The notes under the pieces were generated by a model. It did no database searches, was not told the origin of the DNA, and saw only the letters and a program-made list of their open reading frames with translations. A stretch of 64,000 nt of DNA, taken from Lama glama. Taxonomy: Eukaryota. Shown here one piece after another: positions 43,071-57,649 of the stretch. Position 1 is the stretch's first letter, and every line of letters starts with the position of its first letter. A program made the position numbers and the translations under genes. Location: contig CM052818.1 in the NCBI GenBank assembly GCA_028534125.1, positions 12,030,001 to 12,094,000 of the forward strand. The letters are read 5' to 3'.

Positions 43071-43570
43071 NNNNNNNNNNNNNNNNNNNNNNNNNNNNNN
43101 NNNNNNNNNNNNNNNNNNNNNNNNNNNNNNNNNNNNNNNNNNNNNNNNNNNNNNNNNNNNNNNNNNNNNNNNNNNNNNNNNNNNNNNNNNNNNNNNNNNN
43201 NNNNNNNNNNNNNNNNNNNNNNNNNNNNNNNNNNNNNNNNNNNNNNNNNNNNNNNNNNNNNNNNNNNNNNNNNNNNNNNNNNNNNNNNNNNNNNNNNNNN
43301 NNNNNNNNNNNNNNNNNNNNNNNNNNNNNNNNNNNNNNNNNNNNNNNNNNNNNNNNNNNNNNNNNNNNNNNNNNNNNNNNNNNNNNNNNNNNNNNNNNNN
43401 NNNNNNNNNNNNNNNNNNNNNNNNNNNNNNNNNNNNNNNNNNNNNNNNNNNNNNNNNNNNNNNNNNNNNNNNNNNNNNNNNNNNNNNNNNNNNNNNNNNN
43501 NNNNNNNNNNNNNNNNNNNNNNNNNNNNNNNNNNNNNNNNNNNNNNNNNNNNNNNNNNNNNNNNNNNNNN
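43071..43570. other. Assembly gap (500 N)
   Basis: Run of N. Confidence 1.
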
Positions 43571-43780
43571 TTCAAAATTGTAGAATAGATAAACAAGATT
43601 ACACTGTATAGCACAGGGAAATATACACAAAATGTTATGATAAATCACAGAGAAAAAAAATGTGACAATGAGTGTGTATATGTCCATGAATGACTGAAAA
43701 ATTGTGCTGAACACTGGAATTTGACACAACATTGTAAAATGATTATAAATCAATAAAAAATGTTAAAAAGAAAAAAGAAA
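43571..43780 (+). mobile_element. 3' end of a young camelid-type LINE-1 with A-rich tail, abutting the gap
   Basis: 'ctgtatagcacagggaaatatacacaa...ttgacacaacattgtaaaatgattataaatcaataaaaaatgttaaaaag'. Confidence 0.8.
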
Positions 43781-43894
43781 ATCCCAAAAATCTAATAGAA
43801 AACGGAAAGAACAGATTCAAAAAAAAAAAGGCAGAATAAATCGAAAACAGAAAATACAATAGAAATAAAATACTTGAATATATCAATTTTAACT

Positions 43895-44422
43895 ATATTT
43901 TTTCATATTTTAATATCTGTGAAATTTCAATGCATCTTATAACTGAAGACATCTTACAGTTGCTGTTAATAGTTACGACAGTTGACACTGCCTGTGCAGA
44001 TACAAACTCAGTTCCAGGTGTCTATTTTCCTTCACTTCAACTGAACCATGTACACTGCTGGTAGTATTACATGTTAAGTTTAATTGTCATATAATGATTT
44101 GTATATATAGAAAAATTAACTAATTAACCAGCCCAAAACAGAGGAATGGAGTATAAATTAGCTATTAGTGGAAAAAATATTCATTAGATATGAATGAGAT
44201 GAAACTAGGTGTTCCATATGTAAGACTATTTTACAGGTATAGTGTCATAGTGTAATGGCTAGTATTAGGTATTACATATAAAGCAGGTCTTGCATAAACA
44301 TAAAAGGAATAGTTCAAGGGAAAGATAATTTTGAAATTCCAAGCATCTAATGGAAACTTAATATACATATATAAAATGATATACCTTATAATCAGTAGCA
44401 TCTTAAATTTGAAAAAATATGC
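43895..44422. mobile_element. TcMar DNA transposon remnant (Kanga/MER104-like) inside L1 sequence
   Basis: Repeated 'gcatcttata/catcttaca' motifs and terminal 'gcatcttaaatttgaaaaaatatg'. Confidence 0.4.
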
Positions 44423-45319
44423 CAGTAATCATAATAAATTTGAGTAGACTAAGCTCACCAGCTAAGGAAAAAACTGTAAGGCTGTTAAAATAAATAAATA
44501 AATAAATGTAAACTATAAGGCAACTAAAACTTGGTGGTGAAAAGAAACAAAATAAAAAGATAAAAATTTAAAACTACCCAAAATTAGCTGAAAGAAGGCT
44601 GTAATATATATTTTCAAAATTATGTAAATCTAAGAAAGAAGAATTAGATATAGTTTGTCTAGCACAATCATAAAAGAAATGATTCAAAAGAAAAACAAAA
44701 ATTATGAACTTTAAAGCATCTGATAATGTACCTTCATAATATATGTCCCAAACCAGCAGAATTCCAAGAAAAAAATGGCAGAGTAATAAAAATTATGAAA
44801 GACTTTAAATGCAACTCCATAATGTATAGGCAAACAGACAAAAACAAATCGAAACAATACAGTTTTTATCTAAAGGCCACATTAAAAATAACAATGAAAG
44901 AATATACATTCTTTTCAAACTAACATAAAACATTTTTAACTACCCGTAGTTTTACCTAGAAAGCAAGTTACATCAACTATCAAGGAATTAGGGTTATTAA
45001 GGCTACATTCTGTGACCTTAATGCCTTGTCCCTATGTCAAAGAAGAAATCACAATGGAAAGTAGAAAATACAAAGGACTAAATATTTAAAATATAGTATT
45101 TAAATTAGTTAGGATGCAGTTAAAGTGCATATTTATTGCTCATTTTTCTCTGATAGAATGTAATCTTCACAAAGACAGAAATATTTTATTTAGATATATC
45201 CCAAGCACCTATAATAGGGCCTAGTAGGCAGTCATTAAAAATTTGACAAATGAATAATGAAGTAGTACATGAAAAAAATTATAGTATTAAAATTTTTATT
45301 TTAAGAAACCAAGGGAGTA

Positions 45320-48300
45320 CCCAAGATGACATAGGAAATTCCTGCACTCCCCTCCACTCAAGGATCCACTAAGTGTACAGCCGCACAGAGTAATTCCTTC
45401 TGAAAGAGATTCAGAAACTAGCTAAGGTAGGGAGTTCTTAAGCAAAAACAAAAGAATGCTAATTATTAAATGAAAATTATATGAAAATAAATTAAATGAA
45501 ATATGAAAATAAAATTAAATGGAAATATATAAAAGTATAAAACTAGCAGGTAAAGGTAAATATATAGTTAAATTCAGAATATCCTAATATTGCAATAGCA
45601 CTGGATAAATCACTTATAACTCTAGTATAAAAGTTAAAAGTCAAAAGTATTAAAAACTATAACATAACTTGTTAATGAATATCTGAGACAAAAACACGTA
45701 AATTTTGACAAAAACATAAAATGTGTAGAAGGGAAGTGTAAAAATGCAGAGTCTTTGTTTTCAACATTAAGTTATCAGCTTAAAATAGCCTATTACAAGC
45801 ATTAAGATGCTTCATGTAAGCTCTATGATAACTCCAAAGCAAAAACACAAAAGATAAAGAAATTAAAGCACATAACTATGAAAAAATCATCAAATCACAA
45901 GGGAGGATAGCAAGAGAAGAAAGCAACAAAGGAACTACAAAACAACCAGAAAACAATTACCAAAAACTTTCATATGTATCAATTTACTTTAAATGTAAAT
46001 GCATTAAAATCTTCAATCAAAAGACAGAACGGTTGAATGGATGAAAAAATAAGACCCAACCATATGATGTCTACAAGAGATTTGCGTCTGCTTCAAGGAC
46101 ACACAAGATGGAAAGTGAAGGAGCGGAAAAAGATGTTGTACATAAATGGGAACCAAAAGAAAGCAGGGGAAGCTACATTCATCTCAGACAAAATATACTT
46201 TACACCAAAAATTGTAACAAGAGACAATGAAGATCATTATATAATGATAAAGGGATCAGTTCACTAAGAGTATGTAACAATTGTAAATATCTATACATCC
46301 ATAGGTGCACCTAAATATATAAGGTAAATATTAACAGATCTAAAGGAGGAAATAGTCAGCAATACAATAATAGTAGGGGGTTTCAATGCCTTACTTTCAA
46401 CAACGGATAGATCATTCACATAGAAAATCAATGAGGAAATATTGAATTTACATTATATGTTATACAAGAGGGACCAAACAGACATACACAGAACAGTCCA
46501 TCAAAAGCAGCAGAATACACATTCTTCTCAACCACATATAGAACATTCTTTAGGACAGATCATGTTAGGTGACAAGTCTTAACAAATTTAAGAAACTGAA
46601 ATCATATCAAGTATCCTTTCTGAACACAATGGTATGAAATATCAATTACAAAAGAAAATTGTAAAATTCACAAGTATGTAGAGATTGAACATACTCCTGA
46701 ACAGCCAATGGCTCAAAGAAGAAAATTTTTAAAAGCCAAAAAGTAACTTGAAACAAATGAAAATGGAAACACAACATATCAATACTTATGAGTTTCAACA
46801 AAAGTAGTTTCAAGAAGGAAGTTCATAATAATAAACTTCTACACTAAGAAAAAAGAAAAAATTCAGTATATCCTAACTTTACAATTTAAGGAACAAGAAA
46901 AAGAAGAACAAAGGAAACTCAAAATTATTAGAAAAAGTAAATAAAGATCAGAGCAGAAATAAATGAAACAGACTAGACAGACAACAGAAAAGATCAAGCC
47001 AAAGACACTACGAGAAAATTACAGACCAATAATAAACATACTGAACAGATTATTTAGCAAATTAAATTCCACAGCACATTAAAGGATCATACAGTATGAT
47101 CAAGTGGGATTTATCTTGGGGATGCAAAGCTGGTTCAACATATGTAAATCAATCAATATGATAAACTACATTAACAAAGTGAATAAAAATCATAAAATCA
47201 TCTCAATAGATGCAGAAAAAGCATTCAACAAAATTCAAAAATCCTTCTATGATCAAGGACTCAAAAAAACTGTATAAAAGGAACATATCTCAACATAATA
47301 AAGACTAATTATGAGAAGCCCCCATCCAACATCATACCCAGTAGTGAAAAGTGGAAAGCTTTTCCTTTAAGATCAAGAACAAGACAAGGATGTCCATTCT
47401 CGCCACTTTTATTCAATATAGTATTGAAGTCCTAGCCAGAAAAATTAGGCAATAAAAAGAAGTAAGACATCCAAATTGGGAAGAAAGTAAAATTATCTCT
47501 GTTTGTCAATGACATTCTATAGAGAAAACCCTTAAGACTCCAGGATACAAAATCAATATACAAAGAATCAATATGTTTCTATACAATAGCAATGAGGCAT
47601 TAGAAAAAAATTTAGAAAACAGTATCATTTACAATAGTATCAAAAATTCATTATTTAGGAATTAATTTAACCAAGGATGTGAAAGATCTGTACACTGGAA
47701 ACCTTAAAACATTGATGAAAGAAATGGAAGAAGACACAGTAAATAGAAAGATAGTATGTGCTCATGGATCAGAAAAATTAACAATGTTAAAATGTTCATA
47801 CTACCCAAAGCAATCTATGGATTCAATGTAATCCCTATCAAAATTCCAACAGCATCTTTCACAGAAAAAAAAAAAATCCTAAAGTTTGTATGGAACCACA
47901 AAAAACCCTGAACAGCCAAAGTATACTGAGAAAGAAGAACCAAGCTGGAGGCATCATACTTTCCAACTTCAAACTGTACTACAAAGCTATAATAATCAAA
48001 ATAGTGTGATATTGGCATAAAAACAGACACATAAATGAACGGTACAAAATAGACAGCCCAGAAACAAACCCATCCATTCATGGTCAATTAAGTTTTGACA
48101 AAGGAGCCAAGAATATACAATAGGGAAAGGACAGGCTCTTCAATAAATGGTGCTGGGAACACTAGATAGCCACATAAAAAATAATTAATTGTATTGTATA
48201 ATTGGACCACTGCATTATACTGTACAGAAAAATCAACCCAGAATGGGTTTAAAGACTTGAGGATAAGACCTAAAACCATAAAATACATACAGAAAACATA

Positions 48301-49505
48301 GCAGGTAAGATCCTTCATATTTTTCCTCATAAATTTCTTTTGGATTTAACGCCAAAAAGCAAAGGCAATAAAAGCAAAAAATACGTAACTGAGACTATAT
48401 CAAACTAAAAAACTTCTACACAGCAAAGGAACACCATCAATAAACTGAGAAGGCAGCCTATGCAATGAGAGAAAACATTTGCAAACCACATATCCAATAT
48501 CAATATATTCAAGGATCATACAGCCTAACAGCAGAATAAATAACCAAAATTTTAAATGGGCAAAGGATCTGAGATTTTTTTTTTTCCAAAGACATCCAAA
48601 TGGCCAAAAGGGGCGTGAAACAGCACTCACCATCACCTATCACCAGGCAATGCAAATTAAGCCACAATGACCTACTACCTCACACCTGTTAGCAAGGCTA
48701 TTATCAAAAAGACAAGAGGTAACAAACGGGAACCCTTTGTACACTCTCAAGTAGGAATGTAAACTGGTATAAACATGATGGAAAACAATGTAGAGGTTCC
48801 TCAAGAAATAAAAATAGAACTACCAAATGATCTAGCAATCCCACTTCTTGGTATATATTCAAAGAAACAAAATCATTATCCTGAAGAGACATCTGCACTT
48901 CCATGTTTCTTACAGCATTTTTAACAATAGCCAACATATGGAAACAACGTAAGTGTAAATGGATGAATGATACACACACACTATGGAATACTATTTAGTC
49001 TTTAAAAAGAAGGAAACCCTGCCATTGTGACAACATGGATGAACCTGGAGAGCATTATGCTAAGTGAAATAAGTCAGAGTAAGATAAATACTACATGGTA
49101 TCACTGATATATGGAATCTTAAAAAAAAAAAAAAGTTGAACTCATAGAAACAAAGTAACATGGTGGTTGTTACCAGGGGCTGCTAGAAAGTAGAAGAAAT
49201 AGGGATGGGTTGGTAAAAGGATATAACCTTTCAGTCATAAGATGAATAAGGTCTGAGGATCTAATGTATAACATAGTGACTAAGGTTGATAATACCGTGC
49301 TGTATAATTGAAATGTATTAAGAGAGTTGAACTTGAGTGTTCTCACACAAAAAAGGACAAAGTAAATATTTGAAGTGATGGCTGTGTTAATTAACTAAAT
49401 TGCAGGAACCCTTTCACAATTTCAAATTATATCAAATCATTACATTCTCCACTTTCTATATACTACAATTTTCTGTTAACTGTACACCAACAAAGATGGA
49501 AAAAA
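45320..49505 (+). mobile_element. LINE-1 (L1MA-like) with a 5' UTR remnant, internal deletions, ORF2 EN/RT remnants and 3' UTR
   Basis: ORF 46037..46267 is endonuclease-like (NGNQKKAGEATFISDK, RDNEDHYIMIKGS); 'tctcaatagatgcagaaaaagcattc'; 3' UTR 'gtctgaggatctaatgtataacatagtgact'. Confidence 0.9.
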
Positions 49506-49519
49506 GCAGCAAAAAATAG

Positions 49520-51235
49520 GTATAACAAAATATGTCCAGTATCTATATGACTAAAACTATAAAAGTTTTGTGAAAGAAATCAAAGATCTAAATATGTTGA
49601 TAGATATATCCCATTCATGGAAAGAAGACTCATATTCTTAAGATGTCAGTTCTTCCCAGCTTCTATAGACTCAACACAATTCTAGTCAAAATACCAGTAA
49701 GTTTATTTTGTGGATATCAACATACTATACTGATCCTAAAGTTTATGTGGAAAGGCAAAAGACCAAAACAGTCAACACAATACTGAAGGAGAACAAATTC
49801 AGAGGACTGACATCACCCAAGTTCAACACGTTCTACAAAGATACAATAATTAAGAAAGTGTAGCAGTTTCAAAAGAATAGATAAGTAGATCACCGGATCA
49901 GAATAGAGTCCAGAAACAGACCTGCAAAAATACAGTCAACTGATCTTTACGAAGGAGTAAAGGCAATTCAACACAAGGATAGTCTCCTTAGCAAACAGTA
50001 CTGGAATTGAAAATCCATATGCAAAAAATGAAAGTTGACACTGAGCTTAGTAAATATTAATTCAAAATGGTTCACAGACCTAAATGTAAAACACAAAATT
50101 ATAGAACTTCTAGAATATAACATAGGTGAAAATCTAGGTAACCTAGATGTGATGTGTTTCTAAATACAACATCAAAAGCATAAACTATGAAAAAGAAAAC
50201 TGGACTTCATTAAAATTAAATATTTCTGTTTTGCAAAAGATACCATATAGAGAATGAAAAAAATGACTCCAGTCATTTTCCCCCACTCTGGGGGAAAATA
50301 TTTGCAAAACACATACCTGATAAATAAGACTTGTATACTAAATATACAAAGAATTCTTAAAATTCAATCGTAAGAAAATTAACCTACTTAAAAACAAGCA
50401 AAAGATCTAAACAGACTCCTCCTCAAAGATGATATACAGATGGCAAATAAGCATATGAAAACATGCTCAACATCATATGTCATCAGGGAATTGCAAATTA
50501 AAACAAGATACAATTACATATTTATTACAATGGCTAAAATCCAAAACCCTGACAAAACCAAATGCTGACAAGGATGTGGAGCAATAGAAACTCATTAATT
50601 GCTGGTGGAAATGCAAAATGGTACGGCCACTTTGGAAGACAGTTTAGCAGTTTCTTAAAAAGCTAAATACAGCCTTACCATATGACCCAGGATTCACACT
50701 CCTAGGTTCTATGTCCACACAATAATCTACACATGGATGTTTATATCAGCTTTATTCATAATTGTCAAAAACTAGAAAAATGCAGATGCCCTTCAACAGG
50801 TGAGTGAATAAGCATCCATGGTCTAATCACACAATAAAACATTATTCAACAATAAAAAGAAATACGACATTAAGCCATGAAAAGACATAGAAGAAACTTA
50901 AATGCATGTTACTCAATGAAAGGAGCCAGTTTGAAATGGCTACATAATGTATGATGCCAACTCTATGCCATTCTGGAAAAAGTAAAACTATAGAAACAGT
51001 AAAAAGACCAGTAGTTGCCAGGGGTTTAGGGACAGAGGGCAGAGAGATAAATAGATGGAACACAGGGGAAATTCAGGGCAGTGAAACTACTCTGTATGAT
51101 GCTATAATGGTGGATACATGACATCATGCATTTGTAAAAACCCATGAAACTGTACTATATAAGTGAACACTAATGTAAACTATGGACTTCAGATAATAAA
51201 TTGTAACAAATGCACCATACTAATTCAAGACACCA
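49520..51235 (+). mobile_element. LINE-1 3' part (L1MC-like)
   Basis: ORF2 C-terminal remnants; 3' UTR 'gggcagtgaaactactctgtatgatgctataatggtggatac..aatgtaaactatggactt'. Confidence 0.85.
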
Positions 51236-51279
51236 GTGCCAAAATTATACAGATTTGAAACTGATTAAGACATTAAACC

Positions 51280-53020
51280 AACTATTATAAAAATGCTCCT
51301 GCAAGAAAAGACAAATACTTTTATAACAAACAGATAGACCAATGCAGCAAAGACATAGAAGATACAAAAAAAAATCAAATGACACTTTTGAAAGTGAAAA
51401 ATACAATGACAAAATTTTTTCTTAAAAATCCATGCTTGGGCTCAGGATTATGGGAGATGACATCTGAAAGAGTCACTGAACTTGATGATGGATCTATAAA
51501 AATGTATCTAACCTGAAAACCAGCAAGAGAATATGAAAAAACTGAACAGAGCCTCAGGATCCTGTAGGCAATAATGAGACATTTAACACTCATGATGTTG
51601 GAGTTCTAGAAGTAGAGAAGTAAGAGTGTGGTACTGAAAAAAAAAAATATTTGATGAAGTAATGGCTAGAAGGTCCCAAATTTTATATACACATAAGCCT
51701 ACAGTTCAGTGAATCCCCAATGAATAAGCCCAAAGAATTCAATGCCCAGACACATATAAACTGCTGAAGGCTAAAAACACAGAAAAATCTTGAAAGGAGC
51801 CTGAGTAAAACAATAAATTAACTAAAAGGGAACATAACTCAAATGACTGTGGATTTCTCAACAGAAACCAAGAAGACCAGAGGGAAGAGTCATGTCTGAA
51901 GTGCTGAAAAAAAGAACTATCAATCCAATATCCAGCGAAAATATCCTTCTGGAATTAAAGCTGAATTAAGACATTCTCAAGTGGAAAAAAAAAAATACAA
52001 ACCTAAGAGAATCCACAGCCAGCAGAGCTGCTATATAAGAATTGCTAAAGAAAGATATTCCAAAAAGAAAAAAATCATACAAGGGAATATGAACTATCAG
52101 TAATAAAAGGAGAGAAAAAATGGTAAATATATGGGAAAATGTAATGTATTATGCTTTTCTTTTTCAGTTAAAATGTATTTAATAGTGAAAGTAAAAATTA
52201 CAACATGTTTTGAGACACTTTAATATAGATGTACTATATAAGACAACTACAACAAAATGTGTAGGCTTCCAAAGAAAATCTTAGAAATTTCAGCATTGAA
52301 TACTTAAACTACCAAGAAGAAAGGTTCAAATAAATCTCCACCTAAAGAAACTAAAGGAAAAGGAGCAAACTAAACCCAAAGCAGAAATCAGTGAAATTGA
52401 AAACAGAAAAATATAGTAAATCTGCAAAACCAAGAGCTATTTCCTCAAAACTATCAATAAAATTGATAAACCCATGTCAAGACTGACAAAAAAAGGATAA
52501 AAAAAATCAAGAATGAAAAAGGAATATAACTATAGAACCTGCTAACACTAAAAATATAATAAACTAATACAATTAACAACTCTATACATGTAAATTTGAC
52601 AACTCAAATGGAATGCAGCCAACTCCTTAAAAACTACAAACTGAAAGTTAACTAAGATGAAACAACTAACCAGATACGTCCCATAACTACTAAAGAAGGT
52701 GAAATCAAGTTCTAAACAAACACACACTCTTCTGAAAAAGGTTTCTCTAAGCCCAGATGGCTTCACTGTAGAATTCTACAAAATATATTGAAAAGACAAA
52801 ATACCAATTCTATGTAATCACTTCAAGAAAGCAGAAAAAGAGGGAATACCTTGCAACTCATTTTATGAAGCCAGCATTACCCTGAAACCAGAACCAGACA
52901 AAGACAGTATGGAGAAAAAAAAAAAAAAAAAGAATGATGAAGACCAATATGCTCCCCTCATGATATTGATAAAAAAAAAAAAAAGTGTCATCTACCATAT
53001 TAAGAATCTAAAAAATAAAA
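51280..53020 (+). mobile_element. Old LINE-1 ORF1/ORF2 fragments
   Basis: 'ggatttctcaacagaaacc..agaccagaggg', 'aagcccagatggcttcactg..gaattctac', 'tcattttatgaagccagcattaccctga'. Confidence 0.8.
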
Positions 53021-53384
53021 AACATAATATAAATCTTTCTTACATCTTTCATTATGGTGTCTATTTTGCAAGTTTTTACCTTTTCACGTACTATTCTTAT
53101 TATCCAAAAATATACTATATAAACAGATAATAGAACCATTATTTTTTCTTCTTGATGGCCTCTTTATGTCATTTTCCTGTGATTTAGATTTGTTTTGCTT
53201 ACTCATTACTAATATAACTAATTCTTTGTTCAGCTGGGTCAATTCTTTCCTTAAAGCCTCTATCCATGTTTCACTATCTCTCATCGTCTGGATCTCACAG
53301 ATTTTCAGGGTCCGATGGAACTTAAAAACGCTTCCCACAATAAAAGCCTCTTATTTTTAAGAGATTCCATAGTGCATTCGGTTT

Positions 53385-54235
53385 ATTTTTTTTAATTGAA
53401 GTATAGTTGATTTACAATGTTGTGTTAGTTTCTGGTTTACAGGAAAGTAATTCAGTTTTATATATATATTATATATAATAATTATTTTATATATATATAT
53501 ATATATATATTCTTTTTCAGATTTTCCATTATGAGTTATTACAGATATTGAATACAGTTCTCTTTGCTATACAGTAAGACCTTGTTTATCTATTTTATAT
53601 ATAGTAGTGTGTATCTGTTAATCCTAAATTCCTAATCTATCCCTCACTCTCCTTCCCCCTTTGGTAACCATAAGTTTGTTTTCTATGTCTGTGAGTCTGT
53701 TTCTATTTTGTAAATAAGTTCATTTGTATCATTTTTTTTAGATTCCACATATAAGTGATATCATATGGTATTTTTCTTTGTCTGCCTTACTTCACTTAGC
53801 ACGATAATCTCTAGGTCCATCCACATTGCTGCAAATGGCATTACTTCATTATTTTTTATGGCTGAGTGATAGTCCATTGCATATACATACCACATCTTCT
53901 TTATCTACTCACCTGTTGATGGACACTTAGGTTGTTTCCATGTCTTGGCTATTGTAAATAGTGCTGCTATGAACATTGAATTGCATGTACTTTTCGAATT
54001 AAGAGTTTTCTTCAGATATATACCCATGAGTGGGATTGCTGGGTCATCTGGTAACTCTATTTTTAGTTCTGTAAGATACCTCCATAATGTTCTCCATAGT
54101 GGCTGCACCAATTTATATTTCCACCAACAATGTAGAAGGGTTCACTTTTCTCCACATCCTCTCCAACATTTATGTGTAGACTGTCTAAGAGCCATTCTGA
54201 CTGGTGTGAAGTGATACCTCATTGTAGTTTTGATT
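53385..54235 (-). mobile_element. 5'-truncated LINE-1 3' end with an imperfect ~17-bp target-site duplication
   Basis: ORF 53905..54111 ([13 protein letters not shown]); flanks catagtgcattcggttt (53368-53384) and cataatgcattcaattt (54236-54252). Confidence 0.9.
53459..53510. repeat. Imperfect (TA)n microsatellite inside an L1 3' UTR
   Basis: Direct reading. Confidence 0.9.
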
Positions 54236-57200
54236 CATAATGCATTCAATTTACATTAAACTAGTTAATTTCAGAACATTTGTATTTGTTCAAAAGTTTT
54301 CTGCCGGAGTAGAAACTCTGATATTATAGAAGATTTACAATTGTTTTCTTCTCCTTTTCATCACACAGGAATAATTGTTTTTTATATATGCAATTTTGTT
54401 TTGCTTTCTTTTCACTTTTCTTGAAATGTTTTATTGTGTGGGGATTTTTGAGTGGATGTTATTACTTTTTCTTCTACAACCCTCCTAACACTTTGTACCA
54501 TAGAAGGTTTACATAACTAATATTCAATTGTCAAGTGTAATACTCACATTTGACACTGGAGATCTATGTTAGAATTGTAACATATGATCTTTGAATAGAA
54601 GCAAGATCAAGTATAGTATAATAGCTTTTCTTCACATTCTCCAGAAATTGCAATTAATAACTTTGTATCACCATAAGTGCTCAAAAACAGGTATTCTAAT
54701 ATATTATTATATTTTATTCACTCTTTTCCTTGCTATGTATATACTCCAAAGAAAAAAGTATCATAGCATAAAAACTAGCACGCAATGTCAGACAAATCTC
54801 TTCTCCAACAAAAATACCTAAAGAATTATCTTTATATGAAATGTTATTATTTTTCATAAAATCATCTATGGGTACATAATAATGACTATTATGTAATAAT
54901 AAGTTGATAAACCTGAATAATTTTTTCAAAAACTGTATCTCTATTATTAATAAAATAGTTTGGTATCTGAACAAATTCTCTAAGGAAACATATTCTTTAT
55001 CAAGATTCTACTAACCCAAGTATTTATTTTTGTTTTATTCTTAAAAGATCTAGTTTTCTTAATAGAGCATCTTTAAATTACTATCCAATGAGAAAAAGAC
55101 ATGGTCAAAAATAATTCAATATTTGTAAAAATATTTATTTTTATATGATGTTCATCAAAATTGTATCATAGGGATTTAAAGAGGCTTCTTTTAATCCTCC
55201 TGTTGGTTATTAGCCTCAAAACAAATGCATAAAATCCGTATAGATGAGGCAGATTTATTCATTTTATTAAAAGGCAGAAAAATCTACCAAATCTTTCTCA
55301 ACAGTTTGTATGCACTACTGACTATTCTCACTTTTTTCCCATAAAAATATTGTTTAATCTAGGTATAGTACATTTTTAATGTATTTTTTCCAGTTCTTAA
55401 CATTAGATTTACTATAAATATCAGATGTTCTTTCACAGATTTTGTGAACTTAACATTAAAAACATATCATGGATGCTCCACACCTCGAGTTGTCAATTTA
55501 AATGAAAATGACACCACTACCAGCATCATCACTAACATATTTCTTAAATTAGCTGCCAATACCATCAATTAGACATTTCACTGTTATTTTAGAAATGAGC
55601 GTGTCATTAGCATGTCATTTGCCACTATTTTCTCTGGCAAGCAATAAATTCAAAGTGTTCTTTGACAAAGGACATCAATCAGGAGAGCAAAGAGACCTGA
55701 GTCGAAATGTAGGTGGAGAAGATTATTAAAACTGCGGGATGGAGGCAAATTACTTAACATCCCTAGGCCTAGGTTTAAATGAAATAATGCATATAACGCA
55801 TTTAACACGAAGCTTGGCACACACTAAGGGAAAGATTTTAGTAGTAGTTGATGATGATTTCCTAAAAAACATTTCAAGAACTGTCCCTAGCAGTGTGCCC
55901 CAGATAGACACTTACCCTTTACCGGAGAGGCTCCCTTTCATTCCTTTTTGCTTTTCTATGTCCCATGTTCATGGCCTCCACAGTGAGGCTTTGGGAACAT
56001 TACCTCTAAGAATTTCATTAGGTGGCACTCAGAACACCTACAATGGAAGCTATGCCCTCCATGAGCCTCTTTCACACATGTTGTAGCTTCTGATTGCTCT
56101 TTCTTGATACAAATTTGCGGGAAGCTGCCTTTTCTCCAAACTAAGCATAGGAAAGAAAAATGGCCAGTGTCTCTGGGGAATAATTAACAAAAGACAGTTT
56201 GTTTCATCTTCATGATAAAATACAGCATCCCTATTAAAAGGCAAATTCATCATTCCCAAAAGTTAAATAGAATGACACTTTAAAAGTAATTCCAGCTGAT
56301 TAAATTTAGGGTTCTGGAAAAAAATTTAATTCATGAATATACTCTGAATCTTTCATCTGATTTTAAAATGTATAAATGTTCATTTAACTTTGAGCCCTTG
56401 CCTCTCAGTGTTCTATTCTGAGCTAGTCAAACAAGTGGTAGCAGGCATGCTGGGCTCAATAATACTGCCTCTCATATTTAAATACTCTTTTTCACTTGGA
56501 TTGCAAATTAAAGACAGTCTCCTGAACACTGACACATTTTCCATGATTGATTTTGCAAAACGTGTTGATTTTTCCTACACTGTTTTGCCTCTGTGTGTGT
56601 CAACTTTGGCCTTCTTTTCTTGCTCCTTTGCAGTGCTGCTGTCTCTTTGAAGCCATTGTTTCTGCCCGATATGAAAAATGTACATTAAACCTCACGACTA
56701 ATTACACAGATAGAAAATTCCTGATCTCAAATATAAAATACTCATGCCTAGAAACCATAACAAAAGCTTCAGACTAAGTATAAAACTCTTAATCAAGCCT
56801 CTCATTCACTTGGATTAAAAGAAATTCCAATAATTTATTTTCTGTTAAAGTTGTTTACAAGTCTTCAAAAAGTAGATTTCCTATGCATGTTACATGCCTA
56901 CAAGCCAATCCACTTAAGGTTAAACCCCATCTATTTCCTCCACAGAAGTTTATACTTGCTGTTAAGCCTACTTAAATGAAGTGCTACTCAGTAGAAATGT
57001 TTTATTCTAAATACAAAACTGGTTAGTCTTAATATAATGTCCATTTTTTAACCCTCCCTGCACTATGTATTAGCAAAGTAGACTTTTCCCATGAATTCTG
57101 TCATCTGTGGATTAAGTTCAGGGCTTCCTGTATTTAAAAATGTACTTGAAAAGAGAATGAACAGATACTTCTCTCCCCTCCCAAACTCCCCCAAATATAC

Positions 57201-57359
57201 AAAATAATGTCTCTAAGTCTAAAAGGACAGCGCCTTACACACATACCACATGTTATAGTATATGGGGCACAAAATTTCATCTCAGTAACCTAGTTGCTAG
57301 GAAAATTATTTTTCCCTAATAGACTAGTTTCTGAGTTAATTTAACCAATCATTTTTTCT

Positions 57360-57470
57360 TTAAAAGCTATCACATGCAAGGCCTTGCTGAAGCCCTCTGA
57401 GAGAATGCCCACAAGGAGTTTATAATCTAGTGTTGGTAGGGGGTGAGTAGGATACAAACACCGATTGTGC
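57360..57470 (-). mobile_element. L2 3'-end fragment flanking the bornavirus-like segment
   Basis: Minus strand 'cactagattataaactccttgtgggca' resembles the L2 tail 'ctagactgtaagctccttgagggca'. Confidence 0.45.
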
Positions 57471-57649
57471 ACAAGGTAAGCGCTTGCTGAGAGCACACCA
57501 CGGGCAGGAACAAGGAGAGCGCGAGCAAAGTTGTGGATACTCCCCGCTTGCCTCATTAGCATGTCCAAATTTTCATAAGGCCTACCAGCCACCATGTTTC
57601 CACCAGAGATCCTAGCAAGAGACTACCCTAGCTCCCAGCCTCCCAAATC

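Noticed and set aside
43013..43753. Long ORFs of 176-246 aa
   Set aside because: Artefacts of translating through the N gap
53084..53338. Coiled-coil-like ORF (IEALRKELTQLNKEL)
   Set aside because: Embedded in the L1 cluster and probably an old L1 ORF1-type remnant; no splice support
57341..57595. ORF with GVLSASAYL resembling G GIASASQFL
   Set aside because: Spacing is about half that expected and the DNA also resembles an L2 tail, so it is not included in the element
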